A stretch of 64,000 bases of DNA. Origin: an uncultured Trueperaceae bacterium (GTDB lineage: Bacteria > Deinococcota > Deinococci > Deinococcales > Trueperaceae). Where the stretch lies: assembly GCA_963727505.1 (NCBI GenBank), contig CAVSGP010000009.1, forward strand, positions 681,449 to 745,448, written 5' to 3'. The position numbers and the translations under genes were made by a program. Below the pieces are notes generated by a model, which was not told where the DNA came from, ran no database searches, and saw only the letters and a list, made by a program, of their open reading frames with translations. Below, piece by piece: positions 23,807-36,100 of this stretch (position 1 is its first letter; each line of letters begins with the position of its first letter).

Positions 23807-24036
23807 AGCGCAAGCCCGGCGGCGCGCCGATGCGGCTGCCGGTGACGAGGCGGAGGGCTTCCGGGCCCGAGGAGGGCGCCGGAGGATAGCGGGTCTCCCG
23901 AGACGATGGGTCTCGGGTGAACACGCGAAAGCGCGAACCGAGGACGCCGATGAACGGTGCACTCGCCGCCCAGCGGGGCGGGAAGTCTGCGGGCCCCTCC
24001 CGAGTTGAACCCCTTGCTCGATACCGTCCGGGTTCA
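23807..24036 (+). ncRNA. glmS ribozyme (GlcN6P-activated), structural variant
   Basis: A|GCGCAAG cleavage site (23807/23808), P1, TGACGAGG (23843-50), P2 GGAGGG/CCCTCC, P2.2 CGCA/TGCG, P3 CGAGT/GCTCG and P3.1 TGAACCC/GGGTTCA; lies in the 5' region of glmS. Confidence 0.85.
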
Positions 24037-24138
24037 GAGGATCGGGCTGTCCCCCCGAGCGAAGTCGCAACCAGACGCGGTCGGCACGGCGCGTGACGTC
24101 CGCGTAGGGCACTATTGGATCCCAAGAAGGGACGTTTC

Positions 24139-25995
<1,857 letters not shown>

Positions 25996-26004
25996 GCCGT
26001 TGCG

Positions 26005-26652
26005 GTGAACGACGAGGCACGTGGGGTACGCGCCGTGGCTAGGCCGCGCGCCCGCCTGCTGGCCGCGACGGCGGCCCTGGCGCTCCCGGTCGCCGTGTTC
26101 TGGGCGGTGGCGATGGCTGCCGCCCCCGGCGCCGCGAAGCAGCCTCCGCCACTCACCGTTCCCCGCAAGCCCAGCATCGCCGCCGGCGAGCGCCTCTATC
26201 CCGAGACGTGCGCGGCCTGTCACCGGGACCGCACGGTCTTCGCCGACCGCTCGTGGCGGGTGGGCAAGACCCCGGCGGAGGTGACGCGCATGCTCCAGGG
26301 CGCGGCCCGAGGACACCCGGCGGCCCTGCCAGACCTCGCCCGGGCGTGGGACGCCACGGCTTACGTGTGGACCCTGCCCGACGACGGGGCGAGCATCCGG
26401 CGTGGCGAGAGCCTGGCGCTGGAAGCCGATAAGGCGCTGCGCGCGGACGTGCTGAGCGTGGCCCTTCTGCACTGGAACGACCTGCAGGACCTCAAGAGCG
26501 CCTCCTGGGTCCTCAACCACACGGCGGACGAGGTCGAGACGCTGATGCGTCGCCTTGCGGGCTCCCGTTACACCGACCTCCAGCCGGAGGACCGGCGGGC
26601 GCTCATCGACTACGTGTTCGCGTCGTTTTTCACCTGGCCGTCGAACTGGTGA
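26005..26652 (+). CDS. Exported c-type cytochrome-like protein
   Basis: Signal-like N-terminus and a single CAACH heme-binding motif preceded by GERLY. Confidence 0.7.
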   Translation: MNDEARGVRAVARPRARLLAATAALALPVAVFWAVAMAAAPGAAKQPPPLTVPRKPSIAAGERLYPETCAACHRDRTVFADRSWRVGKTPAEVTRMLQGAARGHPAALPDLARAWDATAYVWTLPDDGASIRRGESLALEADKALRADVLSVALLHWNDLQDLKSASWVLNHTADEVETLMRRLAGSRYTDLQPEDRRALIDYVFASFFTWPSNW

Positions 26653-26763
26653 CGCTGCGGTCCGCCGACACGCGGCCGATGCCGAGCATCACCTCGTTCA
26701 CGGTGCATCTGCACCATCGACCGGCCGCTGCGCGCCCTATGATGTGGGCCAGGAGGAACGCTG

Positions 26764-26949
26764 ATGCAGGGCGTGGGGCTCATGGAGCGCCAACAACGGA
26801 TCATCTCGCGTGTTGCTCACGTGGAGGACGCGGCCTTGCTCGAGAGGATCGAGCACATGCTGGAGGAGCACCTCGCCCACGCCAGACTCGTCCCACTCAA
26901 CGAGGATGACGTCGACGCCATCCTGCAGACCCTCCTCGATTTCGATTGA
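26764..26949 (+). CDS. Small acidic hypothetical protein (61 aa)
   Basis: TATGAT -10 box and AGGAGG SD upstream; amphipathic helical sequence. Confidence 0.6.
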   Translation: MQGVGLMERQQRIISRVAHVEDAALLERIEHMLEEHLAHARLVPLNEDDVDAILQTLLDFD

Positions 26950-26980
26950 TCGGTCGCGTTCGCGCTGCTCGGCCCCGACC

Positions 26981-27784
26981 TCAGAGCATGCCGCGGCCGT
27001 GGAGCACGAGGTAGGCCACGATCGCCAGGGCTGCGTAGAGCGCCCAGCGCAGTGTGCGCGCGGACCGTCCCTTGGCTAGCGAACCCAGCCGGTCGCGAGC
27101 TTCGTCGGTGTCGCGCCGCTGCATCAAGCGTTGCGCCCGCCGAAGCGAGCGGACGCTCTTGTTCAGGTCGCCCTTGCGCCGGTAGGCCACCGCCAGGTTG
27201 TGATGGGCGTTGGCGAAGTTGTCGTTGAGCCTCAGCGCTTGCTCGTACGCGCCGATGGCGTCGTCGATCCTGCCCTCTTCCAGCGCGATGTTCCCGAGAT
27301 TGGTGAGGGCGCGGTAGTGCATCGGGTCGCGCTCGATGGCGTGCTCGAAGGCTGCGGCGGCGTCCTCGAGTCGGTCGTCGTAGATGAGGGCGGTCCCGCG
27401 CTGGGTCTCGGCCTCGGCCACGAACAGGTCCGTGCGCAAGCGCTCGAGCTCGGCCAGCGCCTCCTCCGGCCGGCGCCGATCGAGGGCTTCGCCGGAGCGT
27501 TTCAGGCACGCCAGGTCGGCTTCGAGCTCCGGCCACGGCACGATCGGCGGTCGCTCCTCGATCAGGGCGAAGCGCTTGAGCGCGCGTCCCCAGGCCTTGT
27601 CCTTGACCATCGCTTCGACGTCCGCCAGGCTCGAAAGGGCCGCGCGCACGTCGTAGGGGGTGTCGTTGGAAAGCGTCCCGGCGCGATACGCTGCTCCGAA
27701 GCGACCCTCGTCCAGTGCCTCGCGCCAGGTCTTGATCGGCTCCGCAGGCACGGTCTCGGCGCGGGCGGGATGGTCGCTCGTCAT
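26981..27784 (-). CDS. Tetratricopeptide-repeat protein with C-terminal TM anchor
   Basis: TPR units (ALTNLGNIALEEGRIDDAIGAYEQAL, AHHNLAVAYRRKG); ATGA overlap with glgA. Confidence 0.85.
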   Translation of the reverse strand: MTSDHPARAETVPAEPIKTWREALDEGRFGAAYRAGTLSNDTPYDVRAALSSLADVEAMVKDKAWGRALKRFALIEERPPIVPWPELEADLACLKRSGEALDRRRPEEALAELERLRTDLFVAEAETQRGTALIYDDRLEDAAAAFEHAIERDPMHYRALTNLGNIALEEGRIDDAIGAYEQALRLNDNFANAHHNLAVAYRRKGDLNKSVRSLRRAQRLMQRRDTDEARDRLGSLAKGRSARTLRWALYAALAIVAYLVLHGRGML

Positions 27785-29181
27785 CGCGCCGACGCTACCA
27801 CGTCCCGGTAGAGCTCGGCGTAGCGACGTGCCGAGCGTTCCCAACTGAAATCGCGCTCCATCGCGCGCTGCATCATCTTGCGCCAGCGCTCGCCCCCGAA
27901 CGCCTCGAAGGCCAGGCTGGTGGCCCACAACAACCCCTCGGCGTTGGCATGCTCGAAGAGGAAGCCGGTCCGTTGGTGCTCGATCGTGTCGTGGAGCCCG
28001 CCGGTATCGCGTGCGATGGGAAGGGTGCCGTAGCGCATCGAGATCAACTGGCTCAGCCCGCACGGCTCGAAGCGGCTGGGGATCGCCAGGGCGTCGCTGC
28101 CCGCGTAGACCAGGTGGGCGAGGCCCTCGTCGAAGCCCACCACGGCAGCCACCCGGCCCGGGCGGTGCGCCGCGAGATCGCGCACGGCGCGCTCCAGGCC
28201 GGGATCGCCCGAGCCGAGCAGCGCCAACGACCAGCCCTGCAGCACCAACCGCTCACCGGCTGCGAGCAGCAGGTCGATGCCCTTCTGGTCGGCCAGGCGC
28301 GATACGACGCCCAGCACCGGCGCGTCGCCGGTGAGGCCCAGCCGCGCCATGAGCGCTCGCTTGGCAACCGATTTTCCGTTGGTGTCGGCCCCGGTGTAGG
28401 GCTGCGGAAGGTGCGGGTCGCGTGAGGGATCCCACGCGTCGGTGTCGAGGCCGTTCAGGATGCCCACCAGGCGGTCGCCGATATGGCGGAACGTGCCGTC
28501 GAGGCCATAGCCGTACTCCGGCCGCTGGATCTCGGCTGCGTAGGTGGGGCTCACGGTGGTCACCCGTTCGGCGTTCCCGAGGCCCGCCTGCATGGCGTTG
28601 GCCGCCCCGAAGTGGTTCATGTAGTCGTCGGCCAGGGCGCCGGGCAGGCGGAGCCACCACAGGGTCTCCTCCAAGCCCGATTCCCCCTGGAACTGCACGT
28701 TGTGCACGGTGAACACCGACGGCAGCCCGTAGAACCCGTCCGGCAGATGCCAGCCGTAGGCGAGTAGCAGCGGGAGATAGGCGGTGTGCCAGTCGTTCGC
28801 GTGCACGACGTCGGGCCGGAATCCGAGGCGCGCGGCCACCTGGGGCACGGCGCGCGTGAGTCTGCAGAAGCGGCGCACGTCGTCGCTGTAGCCGTAGAGG
28901 TCCTCGCGCTGGAAGTCACGGTGGCCGACGAAGGCGTAGCGCACGCCCGCCGCCTCCAGCGTCCCAACCCCGACGGCCTCGAAGTCGCCCGCGAAGGGAG
29001 CTTCGACATCGCCGATCCACAGGGGTTGCGGGTCGGCCCGAAGCGAGCGGTACCAGGGGGAGACGACCAGCACCTCGTGCCCGAGGGCCGCCAGCGCGCG
29101 CGGCAGTGCCGCGGCCACGTCCCCCAGCCCGCCCGTCTTGCTGTAGGGATGGACTTCGCTGCTGGCGAACAGTACGCGCAT
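27781..29181 (-). CDS. glgA: Glycogen synthase
   Basis: PYSKTGGLGDV, HANDWHT, TTVSPTYA and PSRFEPCGLSQL motifs; leaderless, with TACGAT 7 nt before ATG. Confidence 0.96.
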   Translation of the reverse strand: MRVLFASSEVHPYSKTGGLGDVAAALPRALAALGHEVLVVSPWYRSLRADPQPLWIGDVEAPFAGDFEAVGVGTLEAAGVRYAFVGHRDFQREDLYGYSDDVRRFCRLTRAVPQVAARLGFRPDVVHANDWHTAYLPLLLAYGWHLPDGFYGLPSVFTVHNVQFQGESGLEETLWWLRLPGALADDYMNHFGAANAMQAGLGNAERVTTVSPTYAAEIQRPEYGYGLDGTFRHIGDRLVGILNGLDTDAWDPSRDPHLPQPYTGADTNGKSVAKRALMARLGLTGDAPVLGVVSRLADQKGIDLLLAAGERLVLQGWSLALLGSGDPGLERAVRDLAAHRPGRVAAVVGFDEGLAHLVYAGSDALAIPSRFEPCGLSQLISMRYGTLPIARDTGGLHDTIEHQRTGFLFEHANAEGLLWATSLAFEAFGGERWRKMMQRAMERDFSWERSARRYAELYRDVVASAR

Positions 29182-29308
29182 GGCGCCTATCGTAGCGCAC
29201 GCTCCGGGGCGCCTCCGAGCCGACGGAGCCGCTGTCCCGGTCCTTACGGTTCTAATGGCAGTGGCCGCATATACTCGGGGGACATGTGCAACCCCCCTTG
29301 GAGGCTTC

Positions 29309-30670
29309 ATGAAGCGTAGATGGCTGATCCTCGGCCTGGTGGGTCTGGCGTTGACCACCGCGGCCGTGAACGCACAGCTCTCCCGGGACTTCGCGGGCGA
29401 GTTCCTCAACAACTCTAGCGGGAGAGCTCTGGTCCAGGCGTTCGGTGCCCTCAAGACCGGCTACCTGAACGACGTGAACGACCAGTCGCTGATCCAGGGT
29501 GCCATCCACGGCATGGTGAATTCGCTCAACGACCCGTTCACCAGCTACATCGAGCCCAAGGCCGCCGCCTTCGACAGCCAGCAGATGACCGGTCAGTACG
29601 AAGGCATCGGCGCGGTGCTCACGCCTCACAACCGCCAGACGGGCAAGGGCGTCGAGATCCTCACGGTCTACAAGGGCGGTCCCGCCGACAAGGCGGGCCT
29701 GCTGCGCGGCGATATCTTCTTGAAGGTCGACGGGACCGACGTCAGCGACAAGACCTCGAGCGACGTGGCCGATCTCGTGCGGGGCCCGAAGGGCACCAGC
29801 GTGCATCTCACCATGCGGCGTCCGGGGCAGGAGCAACCGGTGGAGGTCACCGTCCAGCGCGACACCATCAAGGTGATCGACGTGTCGTCCACCATGCTTC
29901 CCGATCACGTCGGCTACGTGGCGCTGAGCTCGTTCAACAACCAGAAGCTCAACGACCAGCTCATCCAACAGCTCGACAAGCTCAAGCAGGAGGGCGCGAC
30001 CTCGCTCATCCTCGATCTGCGAGACAACCCGGGCGGTCTGCTCACGGAGGCCATCGACGTTTCCGACGACTTCCTCAGTCACGGGGACATCGTCTTCCAG
30101 CGGGCACGGGGTGTGACCCAGCGCCTTGCGTCGGCCGATCCGCAGCAGGTGTTCAGCGGGCCGATGGTGGTCCTGGTGAACCACAACTCGGCCTCCGCCT
30201 CGGAGATCGTCTCGGCGGCGCTCAAGGACAACGGCCGGGCCAAGGTGGTCGGCGAGCAGACCTTCGGGAAGGGTGTTGCTCAGTCGGTGGTGTCGTTGTC
30301 CGACGGCGGGCAGCTGCGCTACGTGTCCTTCGAGTGGCTCACGCCCGACCGCACCAACATCCAGAAGAAGGGCATCACGCCGGATATCAAGGCGCAGGAC
30401 ACGCGCTACCCCAACACCATCTCGGTCGACGGTCGCGGGGCGGATGCGGGCCAGCAGATCCAGATCGTGGTGGACGGCAAGACGGTGGGTAGCACCACCG
30501 CCAACAAAGACGGTACCTTCCAGTTCGTCACCCTCGGCCCCAAGCCGCAGATCAGCGACGTGCAGGGTCAGGCCATCGTCAACCTGAACAACGACCACGC
30601 GCTGAAGGTCGCGTACGACACAGTGCTGAAGGAGGCCACGACGGCATCGACCGCGACGACCGGACACTGA
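29309..30670 (+). CDS. ctpA: Carboxyl-terminal processing protease (S41A, PDZ domain)
   Basis: Signal peptide; LNDPFTSY, LDLRDNPGG, SASASEIV and TFGKGVAQ motifs. Confidence 0.93.
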   Translation: MKRRWLILGLVGLALTTAAVNAQLSRDFAGEFLNNSSGRALVQAFGALKTGYLNDVNDQSLIQGAIHGMVNSLNDPFTSYIEPKAAAFDSQQMTGQYEGIGAVLTPHNRQTGKGVEILTVYKGGPADKAGLLRGDIFLKVDGTDVSDKTSSDVADLVRGPKGTSVHLTMRRPGQEQPVEVTVQRDTIKVIDVSSTMLPDHVGYVALSSFNNQKLNDQLIQQLDKLKQEGATSLILDLRDNPGGLLTEAIDVSDDFLSHGDIVFQRARGVTQRLASADPQQVFSGPMVVLVNHNSASASEIVSAALKDNGRAKVVGEQTFGKGVAQSVVSLSDGGQLRYVSFEWLTPDRTNIQKKGITPDIKAQDTRYPNTISVDGRGADAGQQIQIVVDGKTVGSTTANKDGTFQFVTLGPKPQISDVQGQAIVNLNNDHALKVAYDTVLKEATTASTATTGH

Positions 30671-30689
30671 CGGCGGGTACGGCCGAGCG

Positions 30690-31427
30690 ATGATCGACGT
30701 CCGGCGGCTGGTCAAGACCTACGGGCGAGTCCAGGCGGTCGCCGATGTCAGCTTCAACGTGCAGGCCGGTGAGGTGGTGGCCCTGCTCGGCCCGAACGGT
30801 GCCGGCAAGTCCACCACCATCAAGGCCGTCACCGGGTTGCTGCGCCCGACCGGCGGCGCGGTATCGGTCGACGGCCATGGGCTGGAGCGCGAACCGCTCG
30901 AAGCGAAGGCGCTCCTCGGCTACGTGCCGGACCGGCCCTACCTCTACCTGAAGCTGACGGGCCGGGAGCTGCTCAGGTTCCTGGCCCGCTTGCGGCGTGT
31001 CGACGATGGGGAGGTCAAGGCCGAAGCGTGGCTCCAGCACTTCGACCTCCAGCGCTCGGCCAACGAGCTCATCGAGACCTACTCCCACGGCATGCGGCAG
31101 AAGCTCACGTTCGCAGCGGCGCTGCTCCACGACCCGCCGGCCCTGGTGATCGACGAGCCGATGGTGGGCCTCGACCCACGTGCCGCGCACGACGTGCGCC
31201 ACCTCCTTCGCCAGCGCGCCGACGAGGGGGGTGCAGTGCTGCTTACGACACACTCGATGGAGGTGGCGGAGGCGGTCGCCGATCGTGTGCTACTGATGCA
31301 CCATGGCCGCATCGTCGCCTCGGGCAGCATGGAGGAGTTGCGCCGCAGGGTCGGCGTCGACGATGCCACCCTCGAGGCCATCTTCCTGCGACTCACGGAG
31401 GAGGCGGCACGCGGGGCGACGGTTTGA
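30690..31427 (+). CDS. ABC transporter ATP-binding protein
   Basis: GPNGAGKST, YSHGMRQK, DEPMVGLDP and H-loop TTH motifs. Confidence 0.95.
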   Translation: MIDVRRLVKTYGRVQAVADVSFNVQAGEVVALLGPNGAGKSTTIKAVTGLLRPTGGAVSVDGHGLEREPLEAKALLGYVPDRPYLYLKLTGRELLRFLARLRRVDDGEVKAEAWLQHFDLQRSANELIETYSHGMRQKLTFAAALLHDPPALVIDEPMVGLDPRAAHDVRHLLRQRADEGGAVLLTTHSMEVAEAVADRVLLMHHGRIVASGSMEELRRRVGVDDATLEAIFLRLTEEAARGATV

Positions 31428-33073
31428 TCCTTCTCGCCATGCGGTTGCGGGGGGCGCTCAACGCGTTGCGCGGCACGCCCGTGCGAGCCCTGGTGGGCGT
31501 GGCCATGTTGAGCGGCATCTTCATGGGGGTGCTGGCGGCGACGCGGCACGGCGTGCGCTTCCTCGAGAGCTATCCGGGCATCGGAAGCATCGCGGGCGCG
31601 GTGGAGCAGCGCAGTCTCGAGGCGCTGTTCACGGTGTTGATGGTCGCAGTGGCGTTCAGTGTCCTGACGGGGGCCATCTCCACGCTGTTCGACTCGACCG
31701 ACCTCCCCTTCCTGTTGAGTCTTCCGGTCGGTCCTGCGCGCGTCTTCGGTCTCAAAGTGGTGGAGACCTACGTCAACAGTGCCCTGCTGCCCGCGCTGTT
31801 CACGGTGCCGGTGCTGGTGGGCCTGGGAGTCGAGCAGGGCGCGCCGCCCGGGTACTACCTCATCGCCACGGCCGCGTTGCTGGCGTTGTACGCGTTGCCG
31901 GTGGCCGCCGGGGCCCTGGCGGCGCTGGTCCTGATGCGGCTCGCGCCTGCCGGGCGCGCCAAGGAGGTGGCCACCGCGGCGAGCGTCGCGTTGGCGGCGG
32001 CGCTGGTTCTCGGTATGCGCGCGCTCCGTCCCGAACGCCTGAGCAACCTCACGCCGGAACAGTTCGACCAGGCCCTCGCTCGCTTCGCGCAGTGGCACGT
32101 GAGCTGGCTCCCATCGGCGTGGGGAAGCTCCGCGGTGTGGCGCGCCTTGCGCGGGGAGGTCTCGGTCGACGCCTTGCTCCTTGCGGTGGTTTCGGTCGCA
32201 TTGCTGGCGGGCGTGGCACGGGTCGCGGCGCTGGCTTACCGCGCTGGGTGGTTCCGTTCGCTCGATGCCGCTTCGAAGCCGGGCGTGGTCGGGCCGCTTC
32301 CACCGGCACGCTGGGAGTCGCCGCTGGCGCGGTTGGGACCGGCAGGCGGCCTGATCGTGAAGGATCTGCGGCTGCTGGCGCGCGATCCTTCGCAGTGGTC
32401 GCAGCTGCTGGTGCTGGCGGCGCTGGCCGGGGTCTATTTCATCAGCACCGCGTCCCTGGCGACCCAGATGCAAACGTTCCGCGACCTGGTCGGCGCGTTG
32501 AACCTGATGTTCCTGGGCTTCCTGATGGCGGGCGTGGGCATCCGCACGGCGTTCCCGTTGGTGTCGCTGGAGGGGGAGGGGTTCTGGCTGCTGCGGACCG
32601 CTCCGCTTCGGGCCCGGCAGATGGTGTTCGCGAAGTTCTGGGGAGCGTTGCCCGTGATGGTGCTGCTCGGTGGCGGCCTGGGGGTGGCGGTGGCGGGCCG
32701 TCTGGGCGTGGCTCCGGTGCTCGCGCTCGCCAGTCCGATCGCCGGCGTGTGTGCCGGCGTGGCGGCGACCGGGCTGGGCGTGGGACTGGGAGCCGCGTTC
32801 CCGCGCTTCGATGCCACCAGTCCCGCCGAGGTACCGCTCTCCACCGGAGGCCTGCTGTACATGGCGTTCGCCCTGATCTATGCCGCTCTGGCCACACTGC
32901 TGTTCGCCTTCCCTGCCTACCGCACCTTGCGGGCTCCCGGCAGCTTCCATTGGAGTTCTGGCGAAGGGGTGGTGGTGCTCGCTGCGGTCGCGGTGCTGAC
33001 GCTGTTGTGGACGGTGCTTCCCCTGCTGTTCGGGAGCGCGCGCCTGGCGCGCTACGAGTCCGGACGGGGCTGA
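31424..33073 (+). CDS. Putative ABC exporter permease
   Basis: TTGA overlap with the ATPase; many TM helices; DLPFLLSLPV, KDLRLLARDP and SLEGEGFWLLRTAP motifs. Confidence 0.85.
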   Translation: MILLAMRLRGALNALRGTPVRALVGVAMLSGIFMGVLAATRHGVRFLESYPGIGSIAGAVEQRSLEALFTVLMVAVAFSVLTGAISTLFDSTDLPFLLSLPVGPARVFGLKVVETYVNSALLPALFTVPVLVGLGVEQGAPPGYYLIATAALLALYALPVAAGALAALVLMRLAPAGRAKEVATAASVALAAALVLGMRALRPERLSNLTPEQFDQALARFAQWHVSWLPSAWGSSAVWRALRGEVSVDALLLAVVSVALLAGVARVAALAYRAGWFRSLDAASKPGVVGPLPPARWESPLARLGPAGGLIVKDLRLLARDPSQWSQLLVLAALAGVYFISTASLATQMQTFRDLVGALNLMFLGFLMAGVGIRTAFPLVSLEGEGFWLLRTAPLRARQMVFAKFWGALPVMVLLGGGLGVAVAGRLGVAPVLALASPIAGVCAGVAATGLGVGLGAAFPRFDATSPAEVPLSTGGLLYMAFALIYAALATLLFAFPAYRTLRAPGSFHWSSGEGVVVLAAVAVLTLLWTVLPLLFGSARLARYESGRG

Positions 33074-33137
33074 GTCCGGGCCCGTCGGAGCATCGGGGGG
33101 AGCGTCGCGTGCGCTCAGGCGGACCGCGAGGAAGGCT

Positions 33138-36100
33138 CTACCAGCGGAAGCTGACCCCGAAGCGTGCCTGCCGTCGAACGTTCGAGAGATCGACGCCGGC
33201 TTCCAGCCCGATGGCCGGCGTGAAGGCGTAGCGGAGCCCGACCCCGAGCTGGGGGATGGCGCTCGCGGGGGTCGAATTGTCCGGGAAGCTGAGCTGGCCC
33301 GAGAGGTCGAAGTTGAGGGGGCCCAGGTCGTAGGTGAGGGTCACCTCGTTGGTGAAGGCGTAGTTCTCGCCGCTGCCGGTGACGTTGCCGAGGCGGTAGC
33401 TGGCGAACAGCTCGGGTGTCAGGTAGCCGCCGACGCGGACCGAGACACCGAACGGCTGCCCGGAGTTGTCGAGCAGGCTCGACAGCGGAGAGGTCCGGAT
33501 CTCCACGACGTCGAGACCGAGTGCCTTGCTGAGAGCGTTCTGCAGCTCGTTCACCACGAGCACGTTGACCGCGGTGTCGATCGCGCTCTGCGCCACCGCG
33601 GTGCCGATACCCGCCTGCCCGGCGAACTGCGGCTGCACCTCGAGCCGGCCCAGCGTGATGAGCGACAGCAGTTCCTGGTCGCTGAGCGGCCGCGGGGACG
33701 AGGTCGCCGTGTCGGTCCCGGTCTGGACCGTGGCGTCGCTGGTGAGCGTCGGGGAGATGTCGAACGTCACGGGGGAGGGACCCTGCTGGGTGGGCTGCAC
33801 CTGGCCGGAGAACGCCAGCGTGACGGTGAAGCTGTTGCTGTCACGCGGGCTGGCGAAGCTCACGCCGCTGGTTCCAGAGAGCACCCGGCGCTTGTCGAAG
33901 GACGTGTGCGCCTGCACGTCGAGGCTGGGATAGACTCCGCGGTTCGGTTGGAAGGTGGCGACCGCCCGGTCGATGGTGAAGTCGCGTCCGCCGAAGTGCA
34001 GCGATCCACGCAGGGCGCTCGCGGTGCCGGAGAGTTCGGGGGACGCCGCGGTACCGGTCAGCGTCAGGTCGAGCGCGGCTTCCATGCTGCCGAAGCTGGC
34101 GTCGAGCAGGACGCGTTGCGGTGCCCGCAGGTGGAGCTTATCGAACACCAGCGACCGCAACGCAGCCTGCGTGCCGGTCGTCGGGGAGCCCGCTCCGGCG
34201 TCCGTGGCGCCTGTGCCTGGCGTTCCTGTCGCTGCCGTCGGCGACGAGCCGGCGGAGGACGGGGACGATCCCGTGGCGAGGTCCATGCGGATCTCGCTTG
34301 CGTCCAGCTCACCTCCGAGCGCCAGACCCTTGGAGGTGGCCCTCATGCGGACGTTGGCATTCACGGAGCTCGATGTCACGAACAGAGGTCGCGCCTCGAG
34401 ATCGAGCCCCTGTCCCCGCAGCGTGACGTCGAACGGCGCGAGCGAGCCGCGGATGGTGAAGGGGTTGCCGAGCTTCCCCGAGACGGCGAGTTGCGGCGCG
34501 CTGCCGGGAGGTTGCGTGATACCGCCGCTGAGGTCGGTGACGGTTCCGAAGACCGGCACCTGTGCGCTGCCTGCGAAGCGGAAGTCGGTGTTTCGCAACG
34601 CCAGCGGCGCCAGCGTGAGCTGTGCGCTGCCGTGGACGTCGAGCGAACCGCCCAGCGGGGCGACACCCACGACACTGGCCACCGCCGTGAGCGCGCTGCC
34701 CTTGAGGGCAACGTCTGCGTGGCCGACGCGGTAGTGCGTTCCCGCCACCCGCACCTCGAGCCCACTCGCCGTGAGGTTGACGTCGGGCTGGGTGGGGCTT
34801 CCCTGGGCTTCCAACGTGAAGCTCCCGTTCGCAGAGACGCCGTACCGAGCGAACATGGGGACCAGGCCGAGGAGTGGACCGAAGTCCGCGTTGTCAGCGC
34901 TTAGCTTGAGATCGAGTTGGTTCGCGTCGACCGTGCCCTGTGCCTGCCAGGTTCCCCGTCCCTTGAAGGAGGCTTGCTCCAGGGTGAAGGCGTGGTCGTT
35001 GTAGGCGAAGGCGAGGTTGCCGGTCGTGACGACCCCGGCCCGCTCGAGGCGGATCCTCTCGGTCGCCATGCGCACATAACTCGCGGCCGGGTCGGCGAAG
35101 GGGACGTCGAAGCGCACCAGCCCGTCCACCTCGGCGCGGATATCGGTCGCGCCGACGCTCGCCTCCGCCAGGACCTGAGCGGGGAAGCGACGCAGCGTGA
35201 GAACGCCCTTCAAGCGCGAGGCCTGCAGGGTGGCGGTGGCGAAACTGGTGCCGAGCTTCAGGTTGGCGCTCAGGTCGTTCAGCGGGCCGCTGAGCTGGAT
35301 GTCCAGCGGTAGCGCGGTGCCGTCGACGGCGAAGTCTGGGCTGACCAGTTGCGCCACGGCGGTCTCGTTCCGAAGGCGGACGATACCGCTGACGGTTCCG
35401 GCGACGTGGGGGGCGAGCCGCGCAACGGTGGGCAGGCTGGCGAGCTGGAAGGTGTTCACCCTGGCCTGGAGTGTGCCGCCGGTCGGTGCGTTCGGCGCGA
35501 GCGCGCTGGGCAACCAGCCACCGAGACCCCAGCTACCGTCGGCATGGACGCCCCCGTGCGGCGCCTTCACGTCGGCATTGCCCGACACCTTTCCGCCTCC
35601 CACCTGGAGGTCGGCCGCCAGCGTCACCGCGGGTAGACCGGGGCGCGTCACCTGCACGCCGTTCACCGCGACGGTTCCCGACGGGCCCGCCGAGGGGTCG
35701 AACGACAGCGCGACGGAGGCCGAGCCGACTCCCACCCCACCCCCGGCATCGAGCGTGTGGAGATCGGCCTGCACGGTGCCGCTTCCGGCCGCCGTGGCGA
35801 TATCGGCGTGGAGGGTTCCGAGCGCACCGTCCGAACGCACGGTGATCCTTCCGCCATCCGCGGTGAGCTGGTAGGGCATCTCGGCGCCCCCGACGTGGTC
35901 GACGGGGAAGTCGTCCGGCAACCTGAGCGCGCCCTGAAGGTGGCTGCCGTTCGGCGCCAGGGTCCCGCTGGCGGACAGGGTGGTGCCGCCGACGTCGAGC
36001 TCCACCTGCTGCAGCTCCGCCTGGGGAGCGGGCGCGAGTCGGAGCGTGAGCCGGCCGCGGGTCCTGGCGGCGCCGGTGAACGTAAGGCCGTCGCTGCTCA

